Below are positions 19,546 through 29,315 of a stretch of DNA of 64,000 nucleotides, piece by piece. The notes under the pieces were generated by a model. That model searched no databases. It worked only from the letters and a program-made list of their open reading frames with translations, and was not told where the DNA came from. The stretch covers positions 1,120,001 to 1,184,000 of the forward strand of contig NZ_JAQNDL010000001.1 in NCBI RefSeq assembly GCF_028368995.1, written 5' to 3'. Origin of the DNA: Nannocystis bainbridge (GTDB taxonomy: Bacteria > Myxococcota_A > Polyangia > Nannocystales > Nannocystaceae). The position numbers and the translations under genes were made by a program. How positions within the stretch are numbered: the stretch's first letter is position 1; each line of letters begins with the position of its first letter.

Positions 19546-20221
19546 ATGCAGTATCGCAGGAGCAGGATCAATTCGCCGATTTCATGACTGTCATCAATGC
19601 GGCGCTGATCCTGCGGGTGTTCCATGATGTCCAGATCGATAGCTGACGCCCAGGGCGCCTCGTCTCGCTCGCTTCTGCTCGCCGGCGGCGATCGACGCCG
19701 AGGCGCGCTATCTCCGCCCCCATCCCCTGCAGCGCCGCCGGATCACCGCGAAGCCGCCTGTGTTGGCGAGCATCTCGGGCCCGGCGAGCCCGCGCTCAAT
19801 CGTTTGTGCGGATCGCCGAGGACCTCGCCGACCCGTCGACTGTGAAGCTCGCCGAGCCGCCGGAGCGGGTCAACTCGAACAGGCAGTTCTGCGGTGACCG
19901 CCGCACGCCACGGAGCAGGCGTCACGCGGCCTCGAGCGAGGGGTTGATCAGCCGCGATGTGTTGGGCGGTGCTGGCGCGGTGAAGCGACGAGCGCGTGGG
20001 TGGACGCGGAGCGGTTTCGAGCTGACACGGACCCCAGCCGGGGTGAGGCTTGCAGGGTGACCCGCGCACCGATCCTCGCTGCGCTGGTCCTCGCCGGATG
20101 CGGGGACACGGTCCGGGCGTAGCCGCGTCAGCGGGCAGCGCTCACCGGCGCCGAAGAGGCGTGGACGCAGTGGCCACGTCGCCACTTGCGCGCCGCGATG
20201 CGAGGCACAAGATGGAGCGCA

Positions 20222-20644
20222 ATGGCGCCTCTTCCGCTTCGAATCGCAAACGACCTCCCCTCGAATCCCATCCAGTTTATCGCCGAGCGGATACGCAGTC
20301 ACAAAAAAACCGATGTCTGGCTCTGGGCCGACACCCGCGCAGCTTGTTTCGAACTCCTCCTGCAACTACGCGACGAGCTGGGCGGCGAGGCTGATAGGGT
20401 CGTCAAGACGCACCATACCCTCTACCTTCGAAGTGGCGGCCGCGTCCAGGGGATGAGCCCCAAGGACCGCCCAGACGGCGAGAAGAGAATCGCGGTCTGG
20501 ATGGCGACTTCGCAGATCCCGAACGAGTACATGAGTCGCCTCATGCACCTCGGCCAGTGCGAGGAGTTCTGGGCACGACCTGGACTTGTTCCGTTGTGGC
20601 CAGACGGCTCCGACTGGCGGAAGGGCTCTGTCGAGGCAACATAG
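20222..20644 (+). CDS. Hypothetical protein
   Basis: ~140 aa from ATG 20222 with GGAG upstream; globular composition. Confidence 0.55.
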   Translation: MAPLPLRIANDLPSNPIQFIAERIRSHKKTDVWLWADTRAACFELLLQLRDELGGEADRVVKTHHTLYLRSGGRVQGMSPKDRPDGEKRIAVWMATSQIPNEYMSRLMHLGQCEEFWARPGLVPLWPDGSDWRKGSVEAT

Positions 20645-20709
20645 CGCCGCCCGTCGAGCGGGAGCCTTAGCCTCCAGGACCTCCTGGCGCTCCCGACCTG
20701 TCCGAAGGG

Positions 20710-21230
20710 TCATTCGCGGACGGTAACCGGAACAGCGCCTGGTGCAGCCGCTTGCACAGCAAGCAGTAGCCGTTCTTGTCCCACCACAGCACCTTGAGGC
20801 GGTTCGAGCGCCGGTTCGTGAACATGAACAGCGCGCCGCTCCGCGGGTCTTCGCCGAGCATCTGCTTCGCCGCCGCGGCGAGTCCATCGAAGCTGCGCCG
20901 CATGTCGAGGGGCTGCGTGCAGACGAAGATCCGCACCGACGTCGGGATCATCGGCGCGCCTCCAGCACGTCGAGCACGCGCGAGCGCGAGCGCCTCGGCC
21001 TCCACGCGACCTCGTACCTGGACGTGCACGCCGCCGACGTCGAGCTCGATCACGCCGGCGTCGGCAGCCGGCGCTGCGAGCTGCTCCGTCGCGCCCGCGC
21101 TCGCCAGCTTCGACTTCCACCACGTCAGCGTCCGCTGGTTGACGCCGGCCTTCGCCGCGTAGGCCCTGCTCGACAGGCCGCTCGACTTCCACGCGTCCAC
21201 GTGGGCTCGCCAGCGCTCTTGCGTCGTCAT
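20710..21230 (-). mobile_element. tnpB: IS66-family remnant (tnpA + truncated tnpB, no tnpC)
   Basis: WRAHVDAWKSSGLSSRAYA (TnpA); IFVCTQPLDMRRSFDGL..LFMFTNRRSNRLKVLWWDKNGYCLLCKRL (IS66 TnpB). Confidence 0.9.
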
Positions 21231-21490
21231 AGGCCCCACTTCCTGCGCCAGAGCTCCACCCGCTCGCGGATCCTCCTCGGCCTGAAGTCGAGCCGCACCG
21301 TATCGCCGACCTCGGTGACATCGAGCCAGAACGAATCCGAGACCAGCAGCGTGAACCTACCGCGCCTCGGCATCTCCGGCCCCACAAGCAGCACCCCGCG
21401 ATTCTTGCTCGGCTTGAACCGAGCGGGGCTCTTGACGGGGCCCTCGTCGTCGAGGATTCCGGCGACGACCGCGCCCATATCGGGCGGCAT
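21227..21490 (-). CDS. Hypothetical protein (start uncertain), with a paralogous fragment at ~52200
   Basis: RGVLLVGPEMPRRGRFT recurs at 52212-52262 with mostly synonymous changes. Confidence 0.45.
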   Translation of the reverse strand: MPPDMGAVVAGILDDEGPVKSPARFKPSKNRGVLLVGPEMPRRGRFTLLVSDSFWLDVTEVGDTVRLDFRPRRIRERVELWRRKWGL

Positions 21491-21898
21491 GCCGGTCGCG
21501 GGTGCCCGCGAGAACAAGAAGCTCTTGGCGGAACTACTTGGTGGTGAGGATGCTGCTGACTTGGTGGGAATCTTCGCCAGGTCGTTCTTGTCGACCCTGA
21601 AAGGGGGAAAGTGAATCCATGAAAGACAATGACCTCGAAAATGCAATCCATGAGATCGGGAATACCATGCGCTCTTTTCCGGTGCGCACTGATGGAGCAG
21701 ACCTCCAAGAGCCACGATCCCGAAAAGCCCCTCTCTCTCGAGGATTGCGGGCGCGCGCTTAGGGACCTGGGGCAGATCCAGGATGCATGCTTTCACTTGG
21801 AGTTCGTGCGACACCAGATGCTCCGCGCGATCGAGGAGGATAAACGATAGGGCCGCGGTAGACCCTTGAAGGATTCCCAACGGAATCCGTAGGAAATG

Positions 21899-21931
21899 CA
21901 AAGCCCCCAGGTTGATCCCCGGGGGCTTTGT
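21899..21931. terminator. Hairpin, probable bidirectional intrinsic terminator
   Basis: CAAAGCCCCC-N13-GGGGGCTTTG between convergent ORFs. Confidence 0.65.
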
Positions 21932-21950
21932 CGTTCGCGCATGTGTACGG

Positions 21951-22286
21951 CTACGCGAGTTTGAGGAAACCGGACTCGCGCGGGCTCTCGAAGACCATGA
22001 CCCGGGCTTCCTCGAGCGGAATAATCCAGACGATGATCTGTCCGGCCTCGTAGCCCTCGCGCAGACGATCTGGGTCGCAGCAGGCCGGGAGCCAGCCGAG
22101 AAAGGGCGGCAGGTGTTCGGCCACTTGGTTCGAGATGTGGTAGATCCCGCGGAAGTCCCTCGCGGCCGCGTCCAGCACGGTCGCGTCGGTGGTCTTGAGG
22201 GCGAGGCTCAAGCGCTCGAAGAAGTCCACGGGGGACCCTACAGGGCGCGGCGGCATGTCCTCGACGTCCATGTCGACCGCGATCAC
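21951..22286 (-). CDS. Hypothetical protein (mobile-element type)
   Basis: 111 aa; GTGA overlap with upstream ORF. Confidence 0.55.
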   Translation of the reverse strand: MIAVDMDVEDMPPRPVGSPVDFFERLSLALKTTDATVLDAAARDFRGIYHISNQVAEHLPPFLGWLPACCDPDRLREGYEAGQIIVWIIPLEEARVMVFESPRESGFLKLA

Positions 22287-22732
22287 AAGTGCCCCCGGGT
22301 CTCGAACTCCTGCAGGTCTCGCAGGAGAGCGACGAGGTGTTCGGCGGTCTCGAGCTCGAGGATCACAAGGCCGACGCCGACGCGGGCCTCGATGCCGAGA
22401 TCGCCGAGCTGCTGGGTCACGAACTGCAGGCGCCTGGGCCGATCCTCATCGTCGAGAGGGTCGCGGACCGGGAACAGCAGGGGGGTGTTGGTGGACCGGG
22501 CGATCGCTCGCAGCTTGGCCACGGAGACGCCGGTGAGCTGTGCGCACTCCTCGACGTTTCGGGTCCGGGCCAGGGCTTGGCGAAGGAGCGCGCCAAGCGC
22601 CGAGGACATGCTCGTGTCCTCGCGCAACAGGAGGATGCGGCCGTCTGGCAGGGGCTGGCGCGGGTTCTGGGCTTCCTGGGGGTGTTGGTCATGATGGTTC
22701 CTCAGCGCGTCGACAAGGTATTGATGACGCAC
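22283..22732 (-). CDS. Hypothetical protein with possible HTH
   Basis: NVEECAQLTGVSVAKLRAIA; divergent from the HTH gene at 22787. Confidence 0.5.
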   Translation of the reverse strand: MRHQYLVDALRNHHDQHPQEAQNPRQPLPDGRILLLREDTSMSSALGALLRQALARTRNVEECAQLTGVSVAKLRAIARSTNTPLLFPVRDPLDDEDRPRRLQFVTQQLGDLGIEARVGVGLVILELETAEHLVALLRDLQEFETRGHL

Positions 22733-22786
22733 GAGTCACCCTCGAGGGCCCGGAAATCACAAGCTCCGCGCAGCTAAACTTGGGGC

Positions 22787-23089
22787 GTGTCGGACGACAC
22801 TTCAGGCGCGTCGGGGAGGCCGTGGCGGACGACCGCCGAGATCGCTGAAGCGGTCGGTGTAGATGCATCGACGATCACGAGGTGGGGACGCGAGGGCGTC
22901 ATGCCCAAGTCCACGATCGTTCATGGCGGTCGGAGGGGTCGGAGCGCTCGGTGGCCCCTCCACTCGGTCTCCCAAGCCGCGTGGGTTCAGTCTCTTCTCG
23001 AGAACGGCTTCAGCTTCGAGGAGATCCGTTCCAAGCTCGCCGCCGGAGAGTTCAAGCCATCCTCAGATGGGGGCCAAAAGACAGGCTGA
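22787..23089 (+). CDS. MerR/excisionase-like HTH protein
   Basis: TTAEIAEAVGVDASTITRWGREGVMP..GGRRGRSARWP..NGFSFEEIR. Confidence 0.75.
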   Translation: MSDDTSGASGRPWRTTAEIAEAVGVDASTITRWGREGVMPKSTIVHGGRRGRSARWPLHSVSQAAWVQSLLENGFSFEEIRSKLAAGEFKPSSDGGQKTG

Positions 23090-23100
23090 AGGAGTACGCC

Positions 23101-24048
23101 GTGGCTTTGTTAGACACACTCGAGCGAAAGAAAGCACGTGGACTGATCGTGGAACCCCTTTCACCATTCGATCTCGCCGCACGCACCGCGGTGGTGTTCT
23201 CCATCCGTCGCGCTTTCAAGGAACTTGAGCTGTTCCAAGAGTACGAAGACATTGTCGAGGATATTCGGCTCGACATCGTGGAGCACGTGTTCCATGGAGA
23301 GCATCCACCCGGGCCCAACATTGACAAGTTTAGGCGGCAGATCGAGGCGGACCGCCCACCTCGTGGAATAGCGAATACCCTCGCATATATCCTCGATGCC
23401 AAAGAGGATCTTGCCGCGCTTGACGCCACAGCGGTCGTGCTCCGCCACATGGTTCGGATTGTGGAAGATGGGCGTGGCTCTCAAGCATTGAATGAACGGT
23501 TTGCAACCGGAATCTCCAACGTCAACGGCCATCTGGCGGAGCGAAATATTGGCTACCAGTTCGACGGAGGCGAGCTGATCCGGTCCTCGGAGCCGGTCTT
23601 GTTCAAAGATGTGATGGAGCCATGCCTTCATGTCTTAATTCGTTACGAGATCTTCCGAGACACCGAGCGGGAATTTCGCAAGGCCCTCAATTCTTGGAAG
23701 AAGAAGGACTACAAGCAGGCCGTGCATCACTCTGCCGAAGCCCTTGAAGGGATGCTTCGAGTCCTGGTCAAGGAGATCTTGCCCGCAAAGCACTCCGCTT
23801 CTCTTCAGACCAATGCGAGCGTGGACATCCTCAACCAGAAGAAACTCTGGGCGCCGCAGCACGGGGAGATCATGAAGAAGCTCCATGCGCTTCGAGGCGA
23901 TCGTGGGGCGCACAGCGAGGCCACCAAGCCGGAAGAGGGGCGCGCGACTGAGAAGGACGCAGAGGCCACGGTGTATCTCTCCGCGAGCCTGCTGGTGCTG
24001 ATCGCCCGTGCTTACGAAGATCACGTTTGGAAGGGGGCGGCCTCGTAG
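23101..24048 (+). CDS. Abortive-infection-type protein with C-terminal HEPN-like domain (AbiJ-like)
   Basis: GAAGGAG RBS before GTG 23101; IGYQFDGGELIR, EFRKAL..KDYKQAVHHSAEALEGML, LRGDRGAH (Rx5H). Confidence 0.65.
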   Translation: MALLDTLERKKARGLIVEPLSPFDLAARTAVVFSIRRAFKELELFQEYEDIVEDIRLDIVEHVFHGEHPPGPNIDKFRRQIEADRPPRGIANTLAYILDAKEDLAALDATAVVLRHMVRIVEDGRGSQALNERFATGISNVNGHLAERNIGYQFDGGELIRSSEPVLFKDVMEPCLHVLIRYEIFRDTEREFRKALNSWKKKDYKQAVHHSAEALEGMLRVLVKEILPAKHSASLQTNASVDILNQKKLWAPQHGEIMKKLHALRGDRGAHSEATKPEEGRATEKDAEATVYLSASLLVLIARAYEDHVWKGAAS

Positions 24049-24167
24049 TGATCCTATTCACCTCCAGGATCGACCTCGTCCTCGTGGCCTTCCTGGCCCT
24101 CTACGGGGGTCAAGCGACCGACCCTTGCGTGACGGAAAACTCAACCTGAGCCGGAAATCCATCGGGC

Positions 24168-24974
24168 ATGAATGACGACATTCGCCAGACCAAGGCTGCG
24201 ATCCAGATCGTCGACGCTGCGTCGTCGCTAAGCCCCCTCAAATTCATCGAGGGTGTGGCGACGTTCTTCGGCCTCGAAGGCAACGCATCGCGGATGGAGA
24301 AGCTATGCGCCCACGAGTACGAGGAGTTCGTGTTCGAGGAGATTTTGTTCGCCAAGAACAATGTAGCTCGGGTGGCCAACCGAGTCTCCGCCATGGAGCC
24401 CAGGATCCATCGTCACGAATGGACCCTGGAGGAGATCCAGAAGGCGCTCCAGGACTCTGACCGTCGAACAGCGAAGCTCCAGGCCACCCTCGAAGAGTGG
24501 CAAACCCGACTCGGGCACCTTGGGGCGAGTCCAAGCGACCTTGTTGCGCTGTTCCGGGCCGGGTTCGACGTCTGGCGGCAGAGCTCGGACGCGAAGAAGC
24601 GCAAGCTCCTGGGCAACGCTCTGCGGAACGCCTTTGACCCCAAACAGTATGAGGAGGGGTTGACACTGCGGCTCTTGGGCATTCTGTCGGAGCTTACGTA
24701 TGGGGACATCCGGACTTTAATAGACATGGGCCCCAATCTCGAGTTCCGCAAGCAACCGTATCGATTTAGGAGCGAGAACATGCCTCCGGTGAACATGGGG
24801 TTGCCCGATAGCCTGGAACACGATCATGCCGTTCGCTTGATCTCTCGTCGCCTTGCCATCGAAACCGACTTCGGCATATCCGATACCCGAGGCAGGTGTA
24901 TCCCCACACAACTCGGCCTTCGGCTCCTCGCTCTCGTTGAAGCGCAGGCCGAGGCCGAAGAACCGGTTACGTGA
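24168..24974 (+). CDS. Abi-alpha/DUF4393-like protein
   Basis: Coiled coil, then KRKLLGNALRNAF..LLGILSELTYGDIRTL and wHTH-like end PTQLGLRLL. Confidence 0.5.
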   Translation: MNDDIRQTKAAIQIVDAASSLSPLKFIEGVATFFGLEGNASRMEKLCAHEYEEFVFEEILFAKNNVARVANRVSAMEPRIHRHEWTLEEIQKALQDSDRRTAKLQATLEEWQTRLGHLGASPSDLVALFRAGFDVWRQSSDAKKRKLLGNALRNAFDPKQYEEGLTLRLLGILSELTYGDIRTLIDMGPNLEFRKQPYRFRSENMPPVNMGLPDSLEHDHAVRLISRRLAIETDFGISDTRGRCIPTQLGLRLLALVEAQAEAEEPVT

Positions 24975-24999
24975 GCTGGGACGAAGCTCGACACCACGA

Positions 25000-25036
25000 A
25001 GCCCGCCTCCGGACTACCGAAGGCGGGCTCCTGTTT
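25000..25036 (+). terminator. Intrinsic terminator-like hairpin
   Basis: AGCCCGCCT-N12-AGGCGGGCT followed by CCTGTTT. Confidence 0.5.
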
Positions 25037-25222
25037 GTCCAGCCAGATTTACTTAACCAAAACTTAACCCGAACCGGGGTTCGGAGGGTCACCTGGGGGC
25101 ATGTGGAGGCAAGACCCCATCCTCTCGGAACCCCTCGGAGAGCAGGTTCTCGATCGTTCTGAGTTTGGCTTGGATTTCGAGAGGGTGGCCGGCGGGTCAG
25201 AACTTGTTCCACTCAATACTAG

Positions 25223-26560
25223 CAGGACGCTGAAGAAAGACTCGAGCGCTCGAATCTGAGCCGGTCGCCGCGTCCAACACGCCTGTCCGAGAAGACTTGT
25301 TGGGCCGGCCGCCTCCCCGCGGGAGGCCTGCCGCCCTCTGCGGGCCCGGGGTTCGACCCCGGACCCGCGGGGCCTCACGCGATTGGCAGCAGCAGCTTCG
25401 CCATCCGGAGCAGGTTGTAGGCGGCGCCGACGAGGAGCGACGCCATCTCGTTCCGCTGCTTGCCGCGGAATCGGGTCTTGCGGAAGTTAGCGACCGTCTT
25501 TTCCCAGCCGAAGACTTCTTCGATTCGCTTCCGGAAGCGCTGACTGTTCAGGTAACCGTCGTGACGCGAGGTGCGGCCATCGATCGCCGACCCACCACTG
25601 CGGCCCGTGTTCATGGCGACGTGCGGCGTCACGCCGATCCTGCGGCAGCCCTCGACGAAGTCGCGCGTGTCGTAGCCCTTGTCGGCGGCGACGGTGCGCC
25701 GGCTTCGCGTCGGATCGTTGCGCTCGAGCATCATGTACGCGGCCTCGACCTCGGCGCGGCCATGGGCGTGGGTGATGCACATGTCGACGATGAGCCCGTT
25801 GCGGTTCTCCATCAGCACGTGCTGGGCATACGACAGCTTGGCCTCCTTGCCGTTGCCCTTGCGCGCCAGCCTGGCCTCCGGGTCGGTCGTCGACGCGTGC
25901 GTCTCGTTGCCCCGCTTCTCGCCATGGAAGTCGATCGTGGGGTTCTTCGCGTCGCCGACAGGCGGCTTCTCCTCGACAGGCTCGTCCTTGCGCTTGAAGC
26001 TCTTGAGCGAGGCCCACGCCTCGATCAGCGTGCCGTCGACCGAGAAATGCTCGCTGCTCATCAGACCGGCGGCCTTGGCCTGGCCGACGACCAGCGCGAA
26101 GAACTGACGGGCGGCGTCGTGGTCCATGAGACGCTCGCGGTTCTTCGTGAACGTCGTCGGATGGAACGCGTCCTCGGTCATGTCCATGTCGAGGAACCAG
26201 CGGAACAGGATGTTGTAGTCGAGCTGCTCGCAGAACATCCGATCACTTCGCACGGAGTACAGGGCCATGAGCAGCGTCGCCTTGAGCAGCGACTCCGGCG
26301 GGATCGACGGCCGTCCGATCTTCGCGTACATGCCCTCGAACACAGGCACGAGGTCCTTCAGCGCCGCGTCGACGAGCTTCTTCACTGCGCGCAGCGGGTG
26401 CCGCTCAGGGATCCTCGACTCGGTCGAGATCAAGCAGATCATGCTGGACTGAGGGGCCTTGGTGCCGCGCATACGACCAATGTACGAAATCGCGCACGCA
26501 AGGCAACGCCCTCAGTTCCGTCCCGCGCGTGTGGTTACGCCGTCCTTTTTCAGCACCCTG
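25223..26560 (-). mobile_element. IS5-family insertion sequence, apparently intact, CTAG target duplication
   Basis: Imperfect IRs CAGGACGCTGAAGAAAG / CAGGGTGCTGAAAAAGG; CTAG at 25219-25222 and 26561-26564. Confidence 0.92.
25375..26472 (-). CDS. IS5-family DDE transposase
   Basis: GRPSIPPE, FSVDGTLIEA, VAADKGYD, RKRIEEVFGW. Confidence 0.95.
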   Translation of the reverse strand: MRGTKAPQSSMICLISTESRIPERHPLRAVKKLVDAALKDLVPVFEGMYAKIGRPSIPPESLLKATLLMALYSVRSDRMFCEQLDYNILFRWFLDMDMTEDAFHPTTFTKNRERLMDHDAARQFFALVVGQAKAAGLMSSEHFSVDGTLIEAWASLKSFKRKDEPVEEKPPVGDAKNPTIDFHGEKRGNETHASTTDPEARLARKGNGKEAKLSYAQHVLMENRNGLIVDMCITHAHGRAEVEAAYMMLERNDPTRSRRTVAADKGYDTRDFVEGCRRIGVTPHVAMNTGRSGGSAIDGRTSRHDGYLNSQRFRKRIEEVFGWEKTVANFRKTRFRGKQRNEMASLLVGAAYNLLRMAKLLLPIA

Positions 26561-26900
26561 CTAGTTCTCTCGCGGCCTGTCGCGGCGCTCTCGCCTGCCC
26601 GGCAACGACCTGAAGCGGCGTGGAGGCGATGGCGCGGCCGAGCTCTGCCACGCTGGCAGCGCGGCGGTGAGCTACGCCCATGACGGCCTGAGCCTGATCG
26701 GTACCGTCGTCGCGGCTCCGATGAGTGAGGTGTGCGGGCAGAAGCTCGTCGTCGTGGTCACCTTCGCCGCCGACGCACCCGACTTCGCATTCGTCAGCCT
26801 CAGATCCGGGCGACACCAGCACCGGTCCGTGACCGGTACTGCGCCGAGCATGACGAGCGCAGGGCTGATGACGATTCGCCGCAGCATGGTCGGCGAGCGC

Positions 26901-28148
26901 TCAGGGCTCGTCTTCGCCGGTCTCGCTGTCGACGCCGCGCATGGAGAGCAGCCACGCCTCCCGGCGTGCGCGGGCGCCGTCGCGCGAGTCCTTGGAGCTC
27001 GGGCGGGGTTCGACCCATCCGCGTCGCTCGAGGGTCTCGGCGCGGCCGGGTCGACAGAGGGCCTCGTTCGGACCGCAGAGGAGGCGGACGTGGATGTGGC
27101 CCTTGTGGCCGCGCGCGTGCTGGATGATGGACTCCCACTTCTTGCCCTTGCGCGGCCAGTGGATGATGGGCGCCAGCTCGTCGGGGGTCTTGCCGTCCCA
27201 GCGCGCGGCCCAGTAGAGGTGCTCTTGCAGGCGCTCGTCGAGGAAGATGACCGAGACCTGGCCGGTGTCGAGGAAGGCCTTGATCAGCTCCCAGAGGGCC
27301 GGCCAGTCGACGGCCTCGGCGGTCGGGTAGGTCTCGAGCGGGATGGTCGGCAACAGCGGCAGACGAACGTCGATGTCGAGGCCGGTGCGGTGCGATTTGT
27401 GCGGCCTGAATTTGCCGCCCTTGCGGCGGCTGACGGTGCCGACGAAGACCTCGCCGTCGTAGCCGCTGTCGACCCGGAGGCGCGTGAAAGCCTCGATCAT
27501 CGTCGCTAGGGTGTGCGAGCTGGCCCACATCTCGTCCTTCTTGCCGCGCTTCCACAGCGGCGAGAGCGGGACGAGGATCCCGCGGATCAGCCGTCCGCCC
27601 GACGGATAGCCGCGACTCACGGCGTCCTTGCGAAATTCGAGCGGCGGCGGGGGCTCGCCGCGGCGACAATGGACAGTCCGCGGGGCGCCGGGATCGATCC
27701 AGATCGCCAGGGTCATCCCGGGCTCGAGCGTGTCGGTCTTCTTCCAATTCCAGGCCCGGAGGTCGTCGAGGTTGACGCGGTGACGGATCGCCACCTCGCC
27801 CCAGTCATCACCCGGCTCGGCGGTGTACATGATCCGCTCCCGCGGCGGCGGCACCCGGTCGGTGAGCACCTTAAGCCGATTGCCCGAGCGCACGCGGGCC
27901 CGCACGCCCTCGAGCTCGTTCCACTCGACCAGCGCCTCACGGGTCACGCCGTAGCGGACGCCGATCTGCCACAGGGTCTCGCGCGGCCGGACGACATGGT
28001 CGATCCACTCGGGCTCCTCAAGGAACCTGGTCTGCTCGAGCAAGCGGACGCACGCCGGATCGCCGGCGACCGTGGCGGTCACGGGCGCGTCCGGATTGGC
28101 GCCCCCGACCACGATGAGGGCCAGCAGGGCGGTGAGAGCCCCCGACAT
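26901..28148 (-). CDS. LysM-domain penicillin-insensitive murein endopeptidase (MepA-like)
   Basis: Signal peptide, two LysM repeats (HVVRPRETLWQIGVRYGV; YTAEPGDDWGEVAIRH), HKSHRTGLDID and HKGHIHVR Zn motifs. Confidence 0.88.
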   Translation of the reverse strand: MSGALTALLALIVVGGANPDAPVTATVAGDPACVRLLEQTRFLEEPEWIDHVVRPRETLWQIGVRYGVTREALVEWNELEGVRARVRSGNRLKVLTDRVPPPRERIMYTAEPGDDWGEVAIRHRVNLDDLRAWNWKKTDTLEPGMTLAIWIDPGAPRTVHCRRGEPPPPLEFRKDAVSRGYPSGGRLIRGILVPLSPLWKRGKKDEMWASSHTLATMIEAFTRLRVDSGYDGEVFVGTVSRRKGGKFRPHKSHRTGLDIDVRLPLLPTIPLETYPTAEAVDWPALWELIKAFLDTGQVSVIFLDERLQEHLYWAARWDGKTPDELAPIIHWPRKGKKWESIIQHARGHKGHIHVRLLCGPNEALCRPGRAETLERRGWVEPRPSSKDSRDGARARREAWLLSMRGVDSETGEDEP

Positions 28149-28314
28149 TCCAGACGGCACGTTAGCCCCGATCGCGGCGCGCAGCAAAATTTGTGCGGCG
28201 CCGCGGCGGACGCCGCGAACGACTCACGATCGCAGGCGAGGAGCGGCGCGCGCGGCTGTCGGTCACCGGCGGCGGTACGTTCCGGCACCCTCGACGCGTC
28301 GGTAAGCGCAGCGA

Positions 28315-28465
28315 CTGGCGCACCGCGATCGATGCCGCACGTGGTCGATCCGCCAGCGGCGACGTCCGTCCGCCCGGCGTTCTTGCCGACGCGGACCGGT
28401 TCGTCTCGATCCGTGGTCGTTCCGTCGCCGAGTTGGCGCAGGCCGCACGCGTCCCAGCGGCTCAC
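28315..28465 (-). pseudogene. RCC1-repeat fragment
   Basis: QLGDGTTTDRDEPVRV..DVAAGGSTTCGI with no flanking gene. Confidence 0.65.
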
Positions 28466-29315
28466 CTCGATCGCGCTCCAGTCGCGGCGCGGATTGGCGA
28501 GTTGCGGGGCGGCGGTCGGCTCGCCTGTCGAACGCAGCCGATGTTCGAGGTCGGGGCGACGGGAAGCCGATCAATCCCAAGGAGGCCGCGCCGCGACCGT
28601 TCGTCACGCCCGGGATGCACAAGCTAGCCAGAGGCCCACGCTCACGGACAGCTCACAGCAATTACAAGCTGGCGCCGTTCGGCTGGAATGTGGTCACCAT
28701 CGGCGCCCGCGAAGACGAGGCCGAGACGCCGGCAGCGTCGCCCGCGACGGTGAGCGGCCCGAACGCCCACATTCCGCCCTATGCGCATTATCCGGGTGCG
28801 GCTGCACCTCAGGAGCTGAGCGGCAGATGGGGTCCTCGACGATCGTGATTGCCCCGAAAAAGTGACCAGTCCTCGTATGAAGAGGCGTCCTCCGAGCGGT
28901 GCGGTCATCGCCTTGCGCGCCGTACTGGACGAGGCCGAGCGCGTGACGGCGGGACAGCGAGGTGACCCCTCCCGTGAGTGAGTCGACACATGCGTGAGTG
29001 GCGAGCGGGTCTATCCGTTTGCTCGAACGACCCTCCGACAGGAAGCCTGCACCATTGCGCAGTCGGAGGCCGAGCTACCTGCTTGGTGCGGTGGATCGGG
29101 GGCTCAATCTACTCCGTTGCGTGATCGGAAGACGAAGCTCGGACAACATCTGCGCGCAGTTTGTGCTGGACGGCGAGACGTTTTAGTAACTGGGTCTCCT
29201 CGCGCTTATTTCACGGCGCGGTCGTGATCAGCTGATCGCTCCCATGCCGGAGTCCTGCGCGCCAGGGGACGCCGTGTCGATTGCGGCCCCTGCGCAATGG
29301 CCAGAGTCCCGCGCT

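Noticed and set aside
21951-22286. ArdA antirestriction similarity (DFRGIY)
   Set aside because: Match too short and protein not acidic enough to support the call
25180-25220. guaA 3'-end attachment site (PPAT and IEW codons on - strand)
   Set aside because: Motifs are in the wrong order and IEWNKF* does not match the GuaA ending IEWE*
28180-28200. Sigma-54 promoter upstream of the MepA-like gene
   Set aside because: CGCACAAATTTTGC lacks the invariant GG at -24
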